Origin: Eledone cirrhosa
Lineage: Eukaryota
DNA: 64,000 nt
NCBI GenBank assembly: GCA_964016885.1
Contig: CAXHJY010001736.1
Coordinates: forward strand, 38,793-102,792
Direction: 5' to 3'
Part shown: piece by piece, positions 1 to 14,243 of the stretch
Layout: every line of letters starts with the position of its first letter
Position numbering within the stretch: position 1 is the first letter of the stretch
Program-made: the position numbers and the translations under genes
Notes under the pieces: model-generated
Databases searched by the model: none
What the model was told of the DNA's origin: nothing
Seen by the model: the letters and a program-made list of their open reading frames with translations, nothing else

Positions 1-15
1 ATGTGTGTGTGTATG

Positions 16-138
16 TGTAAAAGGTAAGCAGAAATAACAACACAATTTGTACAGTATATAGAAGCAATATATTAGGTTAACGCTTGAAATACCAGGAAGA
101 GGGTCTTAAAGTTTCGGGTGCTAGTCCTTCATCAGAAT
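16..138 (-). mobile_element. HHR-bearing short element, family A (Penelope pseudo-LTR-like), 3' end in (CA)n
   Basis: Minus strand reads CTGATGA-aggactagcacc-CGAAAC; homologous to 17274-17396 and 55019-55145. Confidence 0.7.
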
Positions 139-146
139 ATATACAT

Positions 147-245
<99 letters not shown>

Positions 246-250
246 TAGAT
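139..250. repeat. (CA)n/(TA)n/(GATA)n microsatellite
   Basis: Direct reading. Confidence 0.95.
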
Positions 251-786
251 ATGCTCCAGCATATAAGACGTCGGAAAACCAAAACCAGGAGAGGTTAAGG
301 GCCTAAACTCTCGCTTCAGTGGGGGGGGGGGGTATTCTCTGAAGACTTTCTGCCCTCCAGCTCCCCGGGGAGTTTCTTACCACTACATACATACATACAT
401 ACATACAGACAGACAGACAGACTCACACAGATTCAACTAACAGACAGATAGAGAGGCAGACTGAACTTACATCAGACGGGAGGACAGACAGACTCATGAT
501 ATAATTAGTAATATAATTAGTGAATATTAACTTACATAAGTTAATGTTAACTTATTGATTGTAATTAGTTAAGATAATAAAACGTGGTGTAGATTAATTG
601 CTGTAATTAACCAAGATTATCTCTCCTAATGAGGTGTGTAATAGTTTGGGTTGGTCCATTAGTCAGTGAAGGGGTGTGGGTGGGCAGAGAGGGATATAGA
701 CAAAGAAGACAGAGCGAGAGAGGGTGTGTATGTAATATATATATATTACATACAGACACCCTCTCTCTCTCTTTCTCTTTCTTTCT

Positions 787-823
<37 letters not shown>

Positions 824-826
<3 letters not shown>

Positions 827-998
827 CGAAGGAAGTGTGGTAAGGAACCAGGCGGACCATAACGCACCAGAGTACTCGATACTTAGGCTAGTAGAGTGGG
901 TAATAGGAAAAGAGTCAGGACCCCGACGGCTGAGCTCCGGCCATCTCGACAGCTAGATCCGAACAGTTCGGATCTAGCTGTCGAGACGGCCGGAGCTC
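824..998 (+). mobile_element. Short dispersed repeat starting at (TA)n and ending in a 67-bp palindrome (932-998)
   Basis: Homologous to 59691-59858 in the opposite orientation; 33-bp arms gagctccggcc...gatccgaac / gttcggatc...ccggagctc with 1 mismatch. Confidence 0.75.
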
Positions 999-1017
999 CT
1001 TCATTTAATCATAATCG

Positions 1018-1074
1018 CTGTTATATATATTTCGGTGGTAACTGTTATGCAACAGTTATGACTTCATCAGACAG
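1018..1074 (-). ncRNA. Type I hammerhead ribozyme motif
   Basis: ctgt-CTGATGA-agtcaTAACTGTTgcatAACAGTTAccacc-GAAA-tatatat-A-acag: stem I CTGT/ACAG, hairpin stem II, palindromic stem III ATATATAT. Confidence 0.75.
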
Positions 1075-1150
1075 ATAGATGTTTAACAGAAAAAACAGAA
1101 TAACATGGTCCAGGCTGATATTTGGTGTTTCTTTCTCAAGTATCCAGGAG

Positions 1151-2676
<1,526 letters not shown>

Positions 2677-2849
2677 GAAAAGTGTAATTTTCTACACAAA
2701 ACGAAGGTTATAGAGAAAATTGAGGTTGGTAATGGCACATGGAATATATAAGAGAAACCCTGCACGTGCACACACGTATATCTATATATATATGCGCACA
2801 CAGAATTATTTTAATTTCACTGCCCCAACTTCTTATATTATGGAAAAAA

Positions 2850-3126
2850 TATATGTGTCTGTATGTATATATATATATATATATTTGAAGGCCATTTCTC
2901 TGTGTGTGGGTGTATGTATGTGTGTGTGTGTGTGTGTGAGTATGTGTGTGCATGTGGATGTATGTATTGTGTGTGCGTGTGTGTGTGTGTGTGTGTATAT
3001 ATATGTGTGTGTATGTGTGTATATATATGTGTGTGTGTATGTGTGTATATATATGTGTGTGTGTGTGTGTATGTTTGTATGTGTGTATGTATATATATAT
3101 ATGTGTGTGTGTATGTATGTGTGGGG

Positions 3127-3224
<98 letters not shown>

Positions 3225-3255
3225 GTGTATCTGGATGTATGTGTATGTATATATA

Positions 3256-3312
<57 letters not shown>

Positions 3313-3373
3313 ATGTGTATATATGTGTGTGTGTGTGTGTATGTATATGTATGTGTGTGTGTATGTATGTGTG

Positions 3374-3414
<41 letters not shown>

Positions 3415-3456
3415 ATGTATGTGTATGTATGTGTGGATGAAGGTATGTGTGTGTAT
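2850..3456. repeat. Mixed (TG)n/(TA)n microsatellite
   Basis: Direct reading. Confidence 0.95.
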
Positions 3457-3689
3457 ATTGCTTCCACCCCCTCACTGACCAGCAGCTGGCTATTGCTAAA
3501 TCTGACCTTTATAAAATAACCCACACCCCAAATAACTTCTCATTCACTACCAGAAAGGGACACAGCAGTCAACCTGTTGTTGCTACCTAGATGAAAACTG
3601 CTATGAAATCCCACAATGAATTTTATACTTGAATTTTCAAGTCTCAAATTTTAACTCTTCGTATTATTAATTTTTCTTAATATTAATCA

Positions 3690-3845
3690 ACATTTGAAAA
3701 GATGGCTTTTGCAGACCCATCGAAACCGGTCATCATTTTTTATACCCTTTATTATTTCCTTACCTTATAAAATTATGTTTTTTCACAAAAAAGTATTCTG
3801 TCTCTTATATATTCCATGTGCCATTACCAACCTCAATTTTCTCTC
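3690..3845 (+). mobile_element. Degenerate HHR-bearing element, family B; inverted partial copy at 2712-2757
   Basis: tgaaaaGATGG...CCATCGAAACCGGTC (palindromic stem III ACCGGT, GUC site); 3801-3844 is the reverse complement of 2712-2755. Confidence 0.55.
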
Positions 3846-3849
3846 TCTC

Positions 3850-3944
<95 letters not shown>

Positions 3945-4167
3945 GTGTGTGTATGTATATACATATATGCAATTTGTATGATGACCCGCAGTTTCTAAAT
4001 TGCAGGCTTATCTAATTGGTTGGGTCATGGCTGGAGATCGTTGAAACATATTCAGTGACTTTTGTATACTATATATTTATGTATGTATGTATGTATGTGT
4101 GTGCATATATATATATATGTGTGTGTGTGTGTGCGTGTATGTATGAATGTATATGTATGTACGTATA

Positions 4168-4214
<47 letters not shown>

Positions 4215-4742
4215 ATGCATATATATATATGTATGTATATGCATATATATATATATGTATGTATATGCATATATACATATATGTATGTATATGTGTGTAT
4301 ATATATAATAAAATAAATATGGTTTTATAAATATAGTTTCCATTTATTAATATATTGTATATATATACATACATACATGGTGGCTGCCAACTCGTTTTCG
4401 AGTACGGCCACTACTTTATATCCATGTAGGAGAACCCCTACCGATGCGCTGAACGAGTGTGACTTTTTAGTCCAGCCAGCGACTTGAAAACTCTGGTACA
4501 AACACTACACTTGTGACAATTATTGACACATAGTGCTGGGCCCATGGTACCATGTGACGACAAGTGCAGAGAGATCTCCAGATATATAGCAATGCCTGTG
4601 CCGTGAAGCTTTTATAGTGAGCAAAGGCACTGCACAAAGCCAGTCTCACTCTCTTAACCAAGATGATATTTACCAAAAAGAACATACATACATACGTACA
4701 TACGTACATACATACGTACATACATACATACGTACATACATA

Positions 4743-4891
4743 CATGGTGGCTGCCAACTCGTTTTCGAGTATGGCCACTACTTTATATCCATGTAGGAGA
4801 ACTCCTACCGATGCGCTGAACGAGTGTGACTTTTTAGTCCAGCCAGCGACTTGAAAACAAGTTGACTCGAAAACAAGTTGGCAACCACCAT
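4743..4891. mobile_element. Tc1/mariner-type MITE (~27-bp TIRs, TA-flanked); one-ended copy at 4377-4490
   Basis: Left atggtggctgccaactcgttttcgagt, right actcgaaaacaagttggcaaccaccat; embedded in TA/TACA repeats. Confidence 0.75.
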
Positions 4892-5474
4892 ATATGTATG
4901 TATGTATATATGTGTGTATGTATATATATATGTATATATGTATGTATACATACATACATACATACATACGTACGTACATACGTACATACATACGTACGTA
5001 CGTACGACCGCTAAACTAAATGAAATTTGAGTTACCATGTAATTTTTACTTTGCAGAAGAGGATACACTTAAATAATTTTATTCTCTTTTGTGTGGAAGG
5101 GGAGAAGTTCGGGAAGGTTCTGTTTCCTCTGGTGAAACTTCTACTGGTATCAATTAACATGAAATAACACTAGAGGCTTTAGTGTAACTGTTTAGGGGAG
5201 GATAACTCCTCTTAAATTGGATTGAAGCGACATGATCAATTGTAATGTCGATATGGCCTGCAACGGTGTATTTGTGGTGGTGGTGGTGGTGGTGGTGGTG
5301 GTGGTGGTTTTATTGGTGGTTGTGGTGGTGGTGATAGTAGCAGTAGTTAGTGGTTGTAGTAGTAGTGGTAGTGGCGGTATTGTAAGAGTTGAAACCTCCT
5401 AGAGGTCAAGTAGAAAAATGAAATAATGGTTCCTGATTTAGACACAAGGCCACAATCAGCACAGTGATCCCCAA

Positions 5475-7320
5475 CCTACCCACTCCACCACCACCACCAC
5501 CTCCACAATCTGCACAATGACCTCAGCTCCACCACCACCACTTCTATCTCCACAGTGAGCTCAGCTTCTCCACCACCACCACCACCACCACCACCAACAC
5601 CACCACTTCTATCTTCACAGTGACCCCCCAGCTTCTCCATCCCACCACCACTACCCCACAGTGACCTCGGCTTTACCACTCCACCACCACCTCCACAATC
5701 TCTACAGTGACCCCAGCTTCTCCACTCCACTCCACCTCCACAATCTCTACAGTGACCCCCAGCTTTACCACACCACCACCACCGCCAACACCACAATCTC
5801 TACAGTGACCCCCAGCTTCTCCACTCCACCACCACCTCCACAATCTCTACAGTGACCCCCAGCTTTACCACACCACCACCACCGCCAACACCACAATCTC
5901 TACAGTGACCCCAGCTTCTCCAATCCACTCCACCACCACCTCCACAATCTCTACAGTGACCCCAGCTTCTCCACTCCACTCCACCACCACCTCCACAATC
6001 TCTACAGTGACCCCCAGCTTCTCCACTCCACCACCACAATCTCTACAGTGACCCCAGCTTCTCCACTCCACCACCACAATCTCTACAGTGACCCCCAGCT
6101 TCTCCACCACCACAATCTCTACAGTGACCCCAGCTTCTCCACTCCACCACCACAATCTCTACAGTGACCCCAGCTTCTCCACTCCACCACCACAATCTCT
6201 ACAGTGACCCCCAGCTTCTCCACCACCACCACCACAATCTCTACAGTGACCCCAGCTTCTCCACTCCACCACCACAATCTCTACAGTGACCCCCAGCTTC
6301 TCCACTCCACTCCACCACCACCTCCACAATCTTTACAGTGACCCCCAGCTTCTCCACTCCACCACCACAATCTCTACAGTGACCCCAGCTTCTCCACTCC
6401 ACCACCACAATCTCTACAGTGACCCCAGCTTCTCCACTCTACCACCACAATCTCTACAGTGACCCCAGCTTCTCCACTCCACCACCACAATCTCTACAGT
6501 GACCCCCAGCTTCTCCACTCCACTCCACCACCACCTCCACAATCTTTACAGTGACCCCCAGCTTCTCCATCCCACCACCACAATCTCTACAGTGACCCCA
6601 GCTTCTCCACTCCACCACCACCTCCACAATCTCTACAGTGACCCCAGCTTCTCCACTCCACTCCACCACCACCTCCACAATCTCTACAGTGACCCCCAGC
6701 TTTACCACACCACTCCACCACCACCTCCACAATCTCTACAGTGACCCCAGCTTCTCCACTCCACCACCACCTCCACAATCTCTACAGTGACCCCCAGCTT
6801 CTCCACTCCACCACCACCTCCACAATCTCTACAGTGACCCCAGCTTCTCCACTCCACCACCACAATCTCTACAGTGACCCCCAGCTTCTCCACTCCACCA
6901 CCACAATCTCTACAGTGACCCCAGCTTCTCCACTCCACTCCACCACCACCTCCACAATCTCTACAGTGACCCCAGCTTCTCCACTCCACCACCACCTCCA
7001 CAATCTCTACAGTGACCCCCAGCTTCTCCACTCCACCACCACAATCCCTACAGTGACCCCAGCTTCTCCACTCCACCACCACAATCTCTACAGTGACCCC
7101 AGCTTCCCCACTCCACTCCACCACCACCTCCACAATCTCTACAGTGACCCCCAGCTTCTCCACTCCACCACCAACACCACAATCTCTACAGTGACCCCAG
7201 CTTCTCCACTCCACCACCACAATCTCTACAGTGACCCCAGCTTCTCCACTCCACTCCACCACCACCTCCACAATCTCTACAGTGACCCCAGCTTCTCCAC
7301 ACCACCACCAACACCACCAC
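5475..7320. repeat. Minisatellite, ~37-50 bp unit ccacaatctctacagtgacccc(c)agcttctccactccacca(cca)n
   Basis: About 40 tandem copies with variable CCA spacer. Confidence 0.95.
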
Positions 7321-7425
7321 CACTATCATATCTATATTTCTACCACCACCATCAGATAGTTATAAACACACGGAGTACGTGACTTTTCAAGACCTCCAAT
7401 CTGACCTATATTACATACATATATA

Positions 7426-8818
7426 TTGTCCTGGGTATGACATTAAACTACACCCAGTGGCAAGGCTCCAGTTCGGGAGTTCAGGAGATGTGGGGAATGT
7501 GGAGTTACCCCTTAGTTGTCATGACTCCCAGGTCTGCCCTGGCCCGGGGTGGTAGTACCTGTTAGGGCTCCATTTATGGGTTAAATAACTACCTTATTCG
7601 AGTGGCGCTGGTAAGGTATTGTCAGCCATTGAAAAGAAATATGGAGAGTCGATCTATCAGCACTAGGGTTAGAGCCCCTAATTACACTGTCAAGGAGCAG
7701 CCTGGTCGTTATGACTCTGCTGGCTTAGAGCCACAGAGAGGGCCAGTGGATGATGGATCAGCTGTCTCTGAGACAAATATAAAGAATGCAGTTTTGTCCT
7801 GCAGAAGAGCCATCAAAATGGGCACTTTGAATGTGAGGACTATTCGGACGCTGGAGAAGAGAGAGGAGTTGGGACAGAGCCCTTCACCAGAGAGGAGCTT
7901 CAGAGAGCCAAGAAGAGGATCAAGGAGGGCAAGGCTCATGGAGAAGATGGAGTGGCATCAGAGGTGATGAAGAGGTGTGATTTTGATGATATCATCCTGG
8001 GGTTCTGTAACGGGGCACTAGAGAAAGGAGTTGCCCCGAATCAGTGGGGGATCAGTAACATCGTCCCAGTGCCAAAGAAGGGAGATCTCTCTAACACCAA
8101 CAACTACCGGGGGATCTCACTGACGTCACTTGTGGAAAAGACCCTCAACAGGATGATTCTTAACAGGATCCAGCCTGAGATGGAGAAGAAGCTCAGGGAC
8201 AACCAGAACGGCTTCAGAGAGGGTAGATCAACCACCAGTCACATCCTGATGCTGAGGAAGATATTAGAGGGAGCTAGAGCAAAGTGCCTTCCTGCGGTCA
8301 TGGTTTTCATTGACTTTAGGAAGGCCTTTGATTCTGTGGACCGTTACTGCCTGATGAAGATCTTACAGACTTATGGAATCTCCAAGAAGATAGTGGACCT
8401 GATATCACTGCTCTACACCAACACCAAAGCCCAAGTCATTACACCTGATGGGATGACAGAGTTCTTTGAGATACTGGCTGGAGTGCTCCAGGGAGATACA
8501 TTGGCTCCCTACCTTTTTATCATCGTAGTGGACTATTGTATGCGCCTTGCACTGGAGAAACACCAGGACTCTGGCTTTACTGTACCACCGGCTCAGAGCA
8601 GGAGAGTTAGGGCGAAAAAGGTATCGGATACTGAATTTGCCGACGACATAGTTTTGGTGACAAATACAGTGAAGGAGGCAGAGGATTTGATGCGGGAGGT
8701 TGAGACTGTGTCGATGAGTGTGGGGCTGAGAATGAATGAGACTAAAACAAAATATCTGGTAGAGAATGTTGAGAAGCCAGAGGGGATCACTAATGTAGGC
8801 GGGAATCTGACCAACTAG
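7426..8818 (+). mobile_element. RTE-clade non-LTR retrotransposon: 5' UTR, APE N-terminus fused to RT by internal deletion, 3' truncated
   Basis: APE start MGTLNVRT, then RT motifs PVPKKGDL..NYRGISL, QNGFREGRST, FIDFRKAFDSV, GVLQGDTLAPYLF, EFADD, GLRMNETKTK. Confidence 0.92.
7952..8818 (+). pseudogene. Reverse transcriptase fragment of RTE LINE
   Basis: 288-aa open frame with non-LTR RT motifs; stops before thumb and C-terminus. Confidence 0.9.
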
Positions 8819-8849
8819 CTGCTTTCACCTCGGCCAGTCGCCTTCATAT

Positions 8850-8889
<40 letters not shown>

Positions 8890-8892
8890 TAT

Positions 8893-9050
8893 AGTATTAA
8901 GGATACTATTTATGGTTATGTATATACTAAAACCTTTTATAGTTATATATATATTATACCCTAAATAGTGAAAGACAGTAATTTATTACTATCTTATTAC
9001 CAGTAAGATAAATAGCTCAATGTAACAACATCAGTTGTTCTACAGAGCAG

Positions 9051-9053
<3 letters not shown>
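8893..9053. repeat. Unclassified ~160-bp dispersed repeat in (TA)n; second copy 54617-54782
   Basis: agtattaaggatactatttatgg...cagagcagtt found twice, both adjacent to (TA)n. Confidence 0.75.
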
Positions 9054-9116
<63 letters not shown>

Positions 9117-9469
9117 CGATACAATACAATAGGTGAAACGAAAACATTTGCGTTGTTAAAATGGCTGAAAACTTGAGCAAGCAGAAGCCACTTTGGAAGT
9201 GAAGAGGGTGTGCTTAGACAAAGATGCGTTACTAGTCGCGCAGGAGAACTGAGAACTTCTTTGGGCCCCTGACGGCAATAATGATGGTGGTGGTGTGAGA
9301 GACAGTGACAGAGAGAGAGGGTGCGTGTGTCCGTTTAATAACTTTATAATGCTGATGGTGTTGGTGTTGGTGGTCGTGGAGATGTGGTATGGGGGTGGTG
9401 ATGGGGATGATAATGCCAATAGCGATGGTGGCGGAGATGATGATGATGATATTATTGGTGATGATAGGG

Positions 9470-9660
9470 CGGTGGATTGACAGTATCGGTAGAGGGTCGG
9501 ACGCCATGCTTTGCAGCATAGAGTTATGTCCCTTTATGTTCTGGGCTCAAATCCCGCCGAGGTTAACTTTGCCTTTCATCCTTACGGGGTCGATAAAATA
9601 AAGTACCAGTAATGTACTGGAGTAATTGCTGGCCTTGTGTCAAAAGTAGAAACAATTATT
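9470..9660 (+). mobile_element. tRNA-derived SINE, family 1 (central gcctttcatcctt..ggggtcgataaaataaagtaccag domain, ATT tail)
   Basis: A/B-box-like tggcagtatcgg / gagttcaaatcc consensus. More than 20 full or partial copies, e.g. 19810-19997(-), 20058-20245(-), 20838-20950, 28490-28740, 40375-40730, 41265-41480, 41655-41970, 42790-42935, 43258-43475, 49708-49895, 61680-62180(-), 62260-62730, 62868-63190(-). Confidence 0.9.
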
Positions 9661-10960
9661 GGTGGTGATAGTTGTTGGTGGCGGGGATAGCAGTGGTAGT
9701 GGTGGTAGTGGTGGTAGTGGTGGTAGTGGTGGAGATAGTAGTGCTATTTATGATGGTGTAGATGGTGGTGGTACTAGTTAGGATAATGGTGGCGGTGGTG
9801 GAGATAGTGATGGTGGTGGTGGTACTAGTACTAGTTAGGATAAAGGTGGTGGAGATGGTATTGGTGGTGGTGGTACTAGTTAGGATAGTGGTGGCGGTGG
9901 TGGAGATAGTGATGGTGGTGGTGGTACTAATACTAGTTAGGATAATGGTGGTGGTGGTGGAGATGGTGGTGGTGGTACTAGTACTAGTTAGGATAATGGT
10001 GGTGGTGGTGGAGATGGTATTGGTGGTGGTGGTACTAGTACTAGTTAGGATAATGGTGGCGGTGGTGGAGATAGTGATGGTGGTGGTGGTACTAGTACTA
10101 GTTATGCTAATGGTGGCGGTGGAGAGGATGGTGGTGGTAGTGGTTATAGTAGTGCTAGCTATGATAGTGGCGGCGGTGGAGATGATGATGATGGTGGTGG
10201 TGGTGGTGGTTATACTAATGCTAGTTGTGATAATGGTGGCGGTGGAGAGGATGGTAGCGGTGGTGGTAGTAGTGGTTATAGTAGAGCTAGCTATGGTAAT
10301 GGTGGAGATGGTGGTGGTTGTTGTTATACTAGAGCTAGTTATGATAACGGTGGTGGTGGAGAGGATGGTGGTGTTAGTGGTTGTAGCAGTGCTATTTATG
10401 ATAGTGGTGGCGGAGGTGGTGCAGATAATAGTGCTGGTAGCAGTGATGGCGGCGGGGTATTCAAGGCTATCGTACAAATATCTGCACGTAACCAAGCGTA
10501 CTATTCAATATAGTTATGAGAATTTCTTTCTTTCAGTGCTTCCAACACACCACCACACACCACCACCAACACGTCCACCAACACATCGCCACCACCAGCA
10601 CCACACACCACCACCAACACATCGCCACCACCACCACCAACACATCGCTACCACCACCACCACACACCACCACCAACACGTCCACCAACACACCGCCACC
10701 AACACACCACCACCAACACGACCACCACCAACACGACCCCCCCCCCACCAACACCCCACCACCACACACCACCGCCACCACTACTACTACCAACACCCCA
10801 CCATCGACACCACCACCACGAACACACCGCCACCACCACCACTGCCACCACTATTAACACCCCATCGTCGACACCACCACCACCATTACTGACAACGCAC
10901 CACCATCACCAACATTACACTGATACCGCACAACAACACCACCACCACCACCACCACCAC
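9660..10960. repeat. Degenerate (TGG)n then (CCA)n trinucleotide-derived repeats
   Basis: Direct reading. Confidence 0.9.
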
Positions 10961-11126
10961 CAGATACCAATATCATTTACGAGAAATTCTTCTTTACTGT
11001 TGATTGTAGAACTTACAGAAAAAGGCAGGAAAAAAATCTTGTTCAACAAGTTACGAAACAGTGGCCTTCAAACAGAAATATCTTGGCTGGCTCTGTATCA
11101 ACATATCAGCTATGGCTGCTCCTGAT

Positions 11127-11635
11127 CAGTGCTACCGAAAGTTTTTTTCAAAACGTACAGAATTTTTTTTAAAAACTTACAGAATCTGACCAAAACGTAC
11201 AGAATTTTACTAAATCCCCCAATTACAATCAAAAACACTCTTTTTATACATATTTTTGAAGTTAACAACATTTATTGACAATTTAAACATAAGGGCATCA
11301 AAAAGAAACGCCATCTTCCTGAGCAGATTCTCTGTTGTACCAATTTTTTTCAAATAATGCTTTGCAAAGATGTTCATCGGGCTCCCGCGTCGTGCAGTCG
11401 GCATGTCGTAACAAATATTTCGACCTAACAAGAGCGTTAAGAGTGGAAGTTTTCAAACAATTTCGATTCTTTGTTTTAAATAAAGTGGAGAACAGAGAAA
11501 ATGCGTCAAAACATGAATTTTATAAACCGATGGCAAGATCACTAAAACGTACAGCAAATTCGTCCGAACGTACAACACATCAAAATGTTGAGCAAAACGT
11601 AGTTTTGTACGAACGTACACTCATCAGCAGCGCTG
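11127..11635. mobile_element. hAT-type non-autonomous element, 509 bp, with 8-bp TSD
   Basis: CTCCTGAT duplicated at 11119-11126 and 11636-11643; imperfect TIRs cagtgctaccga / tcagcagcgctg; repeated subterminal AACGTACA motifs. Confidence 0.8.
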
Positions 11636-11669
11636 CTCCTGATACTGTTGTTTGGTCGTCTGTTTTTAG

Positions 11670-12335
11670 TTGTTTGGTCGGTTGGTTTGTTAGTTGGTTG
11701 GTTGGTTGGCTGGTTTGTTGGTTCGTTGCTGGCTGGTTGGCTGACTGGCTAGTTGATTGGTTGGTTGGCTGGCTGGTCGGTTGGCTGGTCGGTTGGCTGG
11801 TTGGCTAGTTGGCTGGTTTGTTGGTTTGTTGGTTCGTTGGCTGGCTAGTTAATTGGTTGGTTGGCTGGCTGGAAGGCTGGTTGGTTGGTAGGCTAGCTGG
11901 TTGGCTGGTTTGTTAGTTGGTTAGTTGGCTGGCTAGTTGGTTGGTTGGTTTGTTGGCTGGCAAGTTAATTGGTTGGTTGGTTGGCTGGCTGGTTGGCTGG
12001 TTGGTTGGTTGGCTGGTTTGTTAGTTGGTTGGTTGGCTGGCTGATTGTTTTTATTTTCGGTTTTTGTGTTTTTATTGTTGCACTTTTCAATCATCTATTT
12101 GGTGTTGTAATTGTTGTTGTTGGGGGGTGGTGGTGTTGTTGTTGTTGTTGTTGGTGTAGATGATGATGTTAGTTTTGTTGTTGTAGATGTTGTTGGTGTT
12201 TTTCTTGTTGGTGGTGTAGATGTTGTTAATGCTGTAGATATTGTTGTTATTGTTGATGTAGTCGTTGTCGTAGTTGTTATTGTTGCAATTGTTATGGTAG
12301 ATGTTGTTATTGTTGTAGATATTGTTGTTGTAGTC
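11670..12335. repeat. (GGTT/GGCT)n and (GTT)n low-complexity repeats
   Basis: Direct reading. Confidence 0.9.
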
Positions 12336-12344
12336 TAATCAAGA

Positions 12345-12985
12345 TAGAATTTGACCAAATGAGGTTTATTGTTCAACATAGTCTACCTTATGGTCCACAC
12401 ACTTCTTCCATTGGTGTTGCACTGCTTGGATCCCATTAACCTTTAGCATCTACATTGCTCTATATTTGCTATAAAGCAATTATATTTTCTCGGTAAACAC
12501 TTACATAATTATCTCACATATTATTGAATCTATGAAATTTTGATATTATTTATTTTGAGAACAATACCTTAACATCAGTATGAGTGGTCAGTTATGGCAG
12601 GTTTGAACAGAAAGAGGTGAGAGAATTCTGGCCGGATATCGTCGGTTTAAATGATAAAAGGTTAACGAAGAAGCTTTCGTCCTCTTTTTCAAAAAAAACA
12701 GTTACGATACTGGTTCCCAGCCAAGTGTTTTTTCATGTTGAGAAACAGGTGATAGTCAGATGGGGGCCAAATCAGGAGAATAAGGACTGTGATCAACCAG
12801 TTCAAAGCCAAAACCTCAGTCGCGCACAACAGCCATTGAAACAAAGGACTTATGTGCTTGAGCATTGTCCTGATAAAACAAGACCCCCTTTCGTCAGTTT
12901 TCCTTGATGTTTGGTCTTGATAGTCTTTCGTAACTGCCTTAACAAGTTGGTACAGTACTCTCCATTGATGGTGCGACCATTTTGA
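12345..12985 (-). pseudogene. Mariner (DD34D) transposase relic in two pieces (12710-12985 and 12345-12435)
   Basis: Minus strand gives FYQDNAQAH, GFELVDHSPYSPDLAP/SDYHLFLNMKKHLAG and C-terminal GIQAVQHQWKKCVDHKVDYVEQ*. Confidence 0.85.
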
Positions 12986-13314
12986 ATATAATTAATTAAC
13001 ACAATGTTTTTTTTGTATTGTATTGTGACTATTGACTATCTTCAAAGGTTAGTTAAATACCGTCCTTTATGTTCTTAGTTCAAACCCCACTCTAGGGAAC
13101 TTCTTCGCCTGTTATCCTTCCGGAATACCAGTCAAATACTTGGGTCGATATAATAACCCCCCTCCCAGGCTTTCCCCTCACACCTCTACCCAATTGCGGC
13201 ACGATGCACTTTACTCCAAGGTCACAATAAATGTACTATCTGTCATGTATTGATTAAACCAATTGACGACTTCGTGTCCTTGTGGATAAACTGAGGTATC
13301 GCTCTAACAGTTAT

Positions 13315-14008
13315 CATGTTGTTGTTGTTGTTGTTGTTGTTGTCGTTGTTGTTGTTGTCGTCGTCGTCGTTGTTGTCGTCGTCGTCGTCGTTGTTGTCGT
13401 CGTCGTCGTCGTTGTTGTCGTCGTCGTCGTCGTCGTTGTTATTGCCGTTGTCGTCGTCGTTGTTATTGCCGTTGTCGTCGTCGTTGTTGTTGTTGCCGTT
13501 GTTGTTGTTGTTGTTATTGTCGTTGTTATTGTTGTGGTTATTGCTGCCATTGCAGTTGTTATCGTTACTGTTGTGGTTGTTCTTGTTGTTGTTATCGTAG
13601 TTGTTGTTGTTGTAGTCGTTATCGTTGTTGTTATTGCTGTTGTTGTGATTGTTATAGTTGTTCTTGCTGTTGTTGTTTGTTATCGTTGTTATTATTGTGG
13701 TTGTTGTTGTTGTTATCCTTATCATGTTCTTACTCTTCTACTTATTTAATATTCTATCATACTTCGCGTTAGTTTTCTTGTTGATGTTGTTGTTGATGAT
13801 GATGATGATGATGATGATGATGTCGTTGTTGTTGTCATTGTTGATGTTGTCGTTGATGTCGCTGTTGTTGTCGTTGTCGTTGTTGTTGTTGTCGTCGTTG
13901 TCGTCGTTGTCGTTGTTGTTGTTGTTGTTGTCGTTGTCGTTGTTGTCGTCGTTGATGTCGTTGTTGTTGATGTCGTTGTTGTTGTTGTCGTTATCGTTGT
14001 TGTTGTTG
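13315..14008. repeat. (GTT/GTC/GAT)n trinucleotide repeat
   Basis: Direct reading. Confidence 0.95.
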
Positions 14009-14243
14009 GTCAAGGCCAGAGAAAAACAAAACTCTATATTGAGAATTCTCAAAATATTTTCTGAACTTCGTCCTTAATAAATAAGCTTGTTATACAGCTG
14101 TTACGAAACAGCGGCTTTCGTTGGACACAAATATCCTGGCTCTGTATCAAGACATCATCTTTACTTGTTTTCTTGCTGTTATTGTTGTTGTTGTTGTTGT
14201 TTAAAATCCTTTTGTCTGACTGTCTATCGTTTTATTTTTAAAT

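Noticed and set aside
5475-7320. Constant repeat with variable spacer resembling CRISPR
   Set aside because: Spacers are only CCA-slippage length variants.
9470-9560. tRNA genes
   Set aside because: A/B-box-like heads belong to SINEs; no cloverleaf, and each continues into the SINE body.
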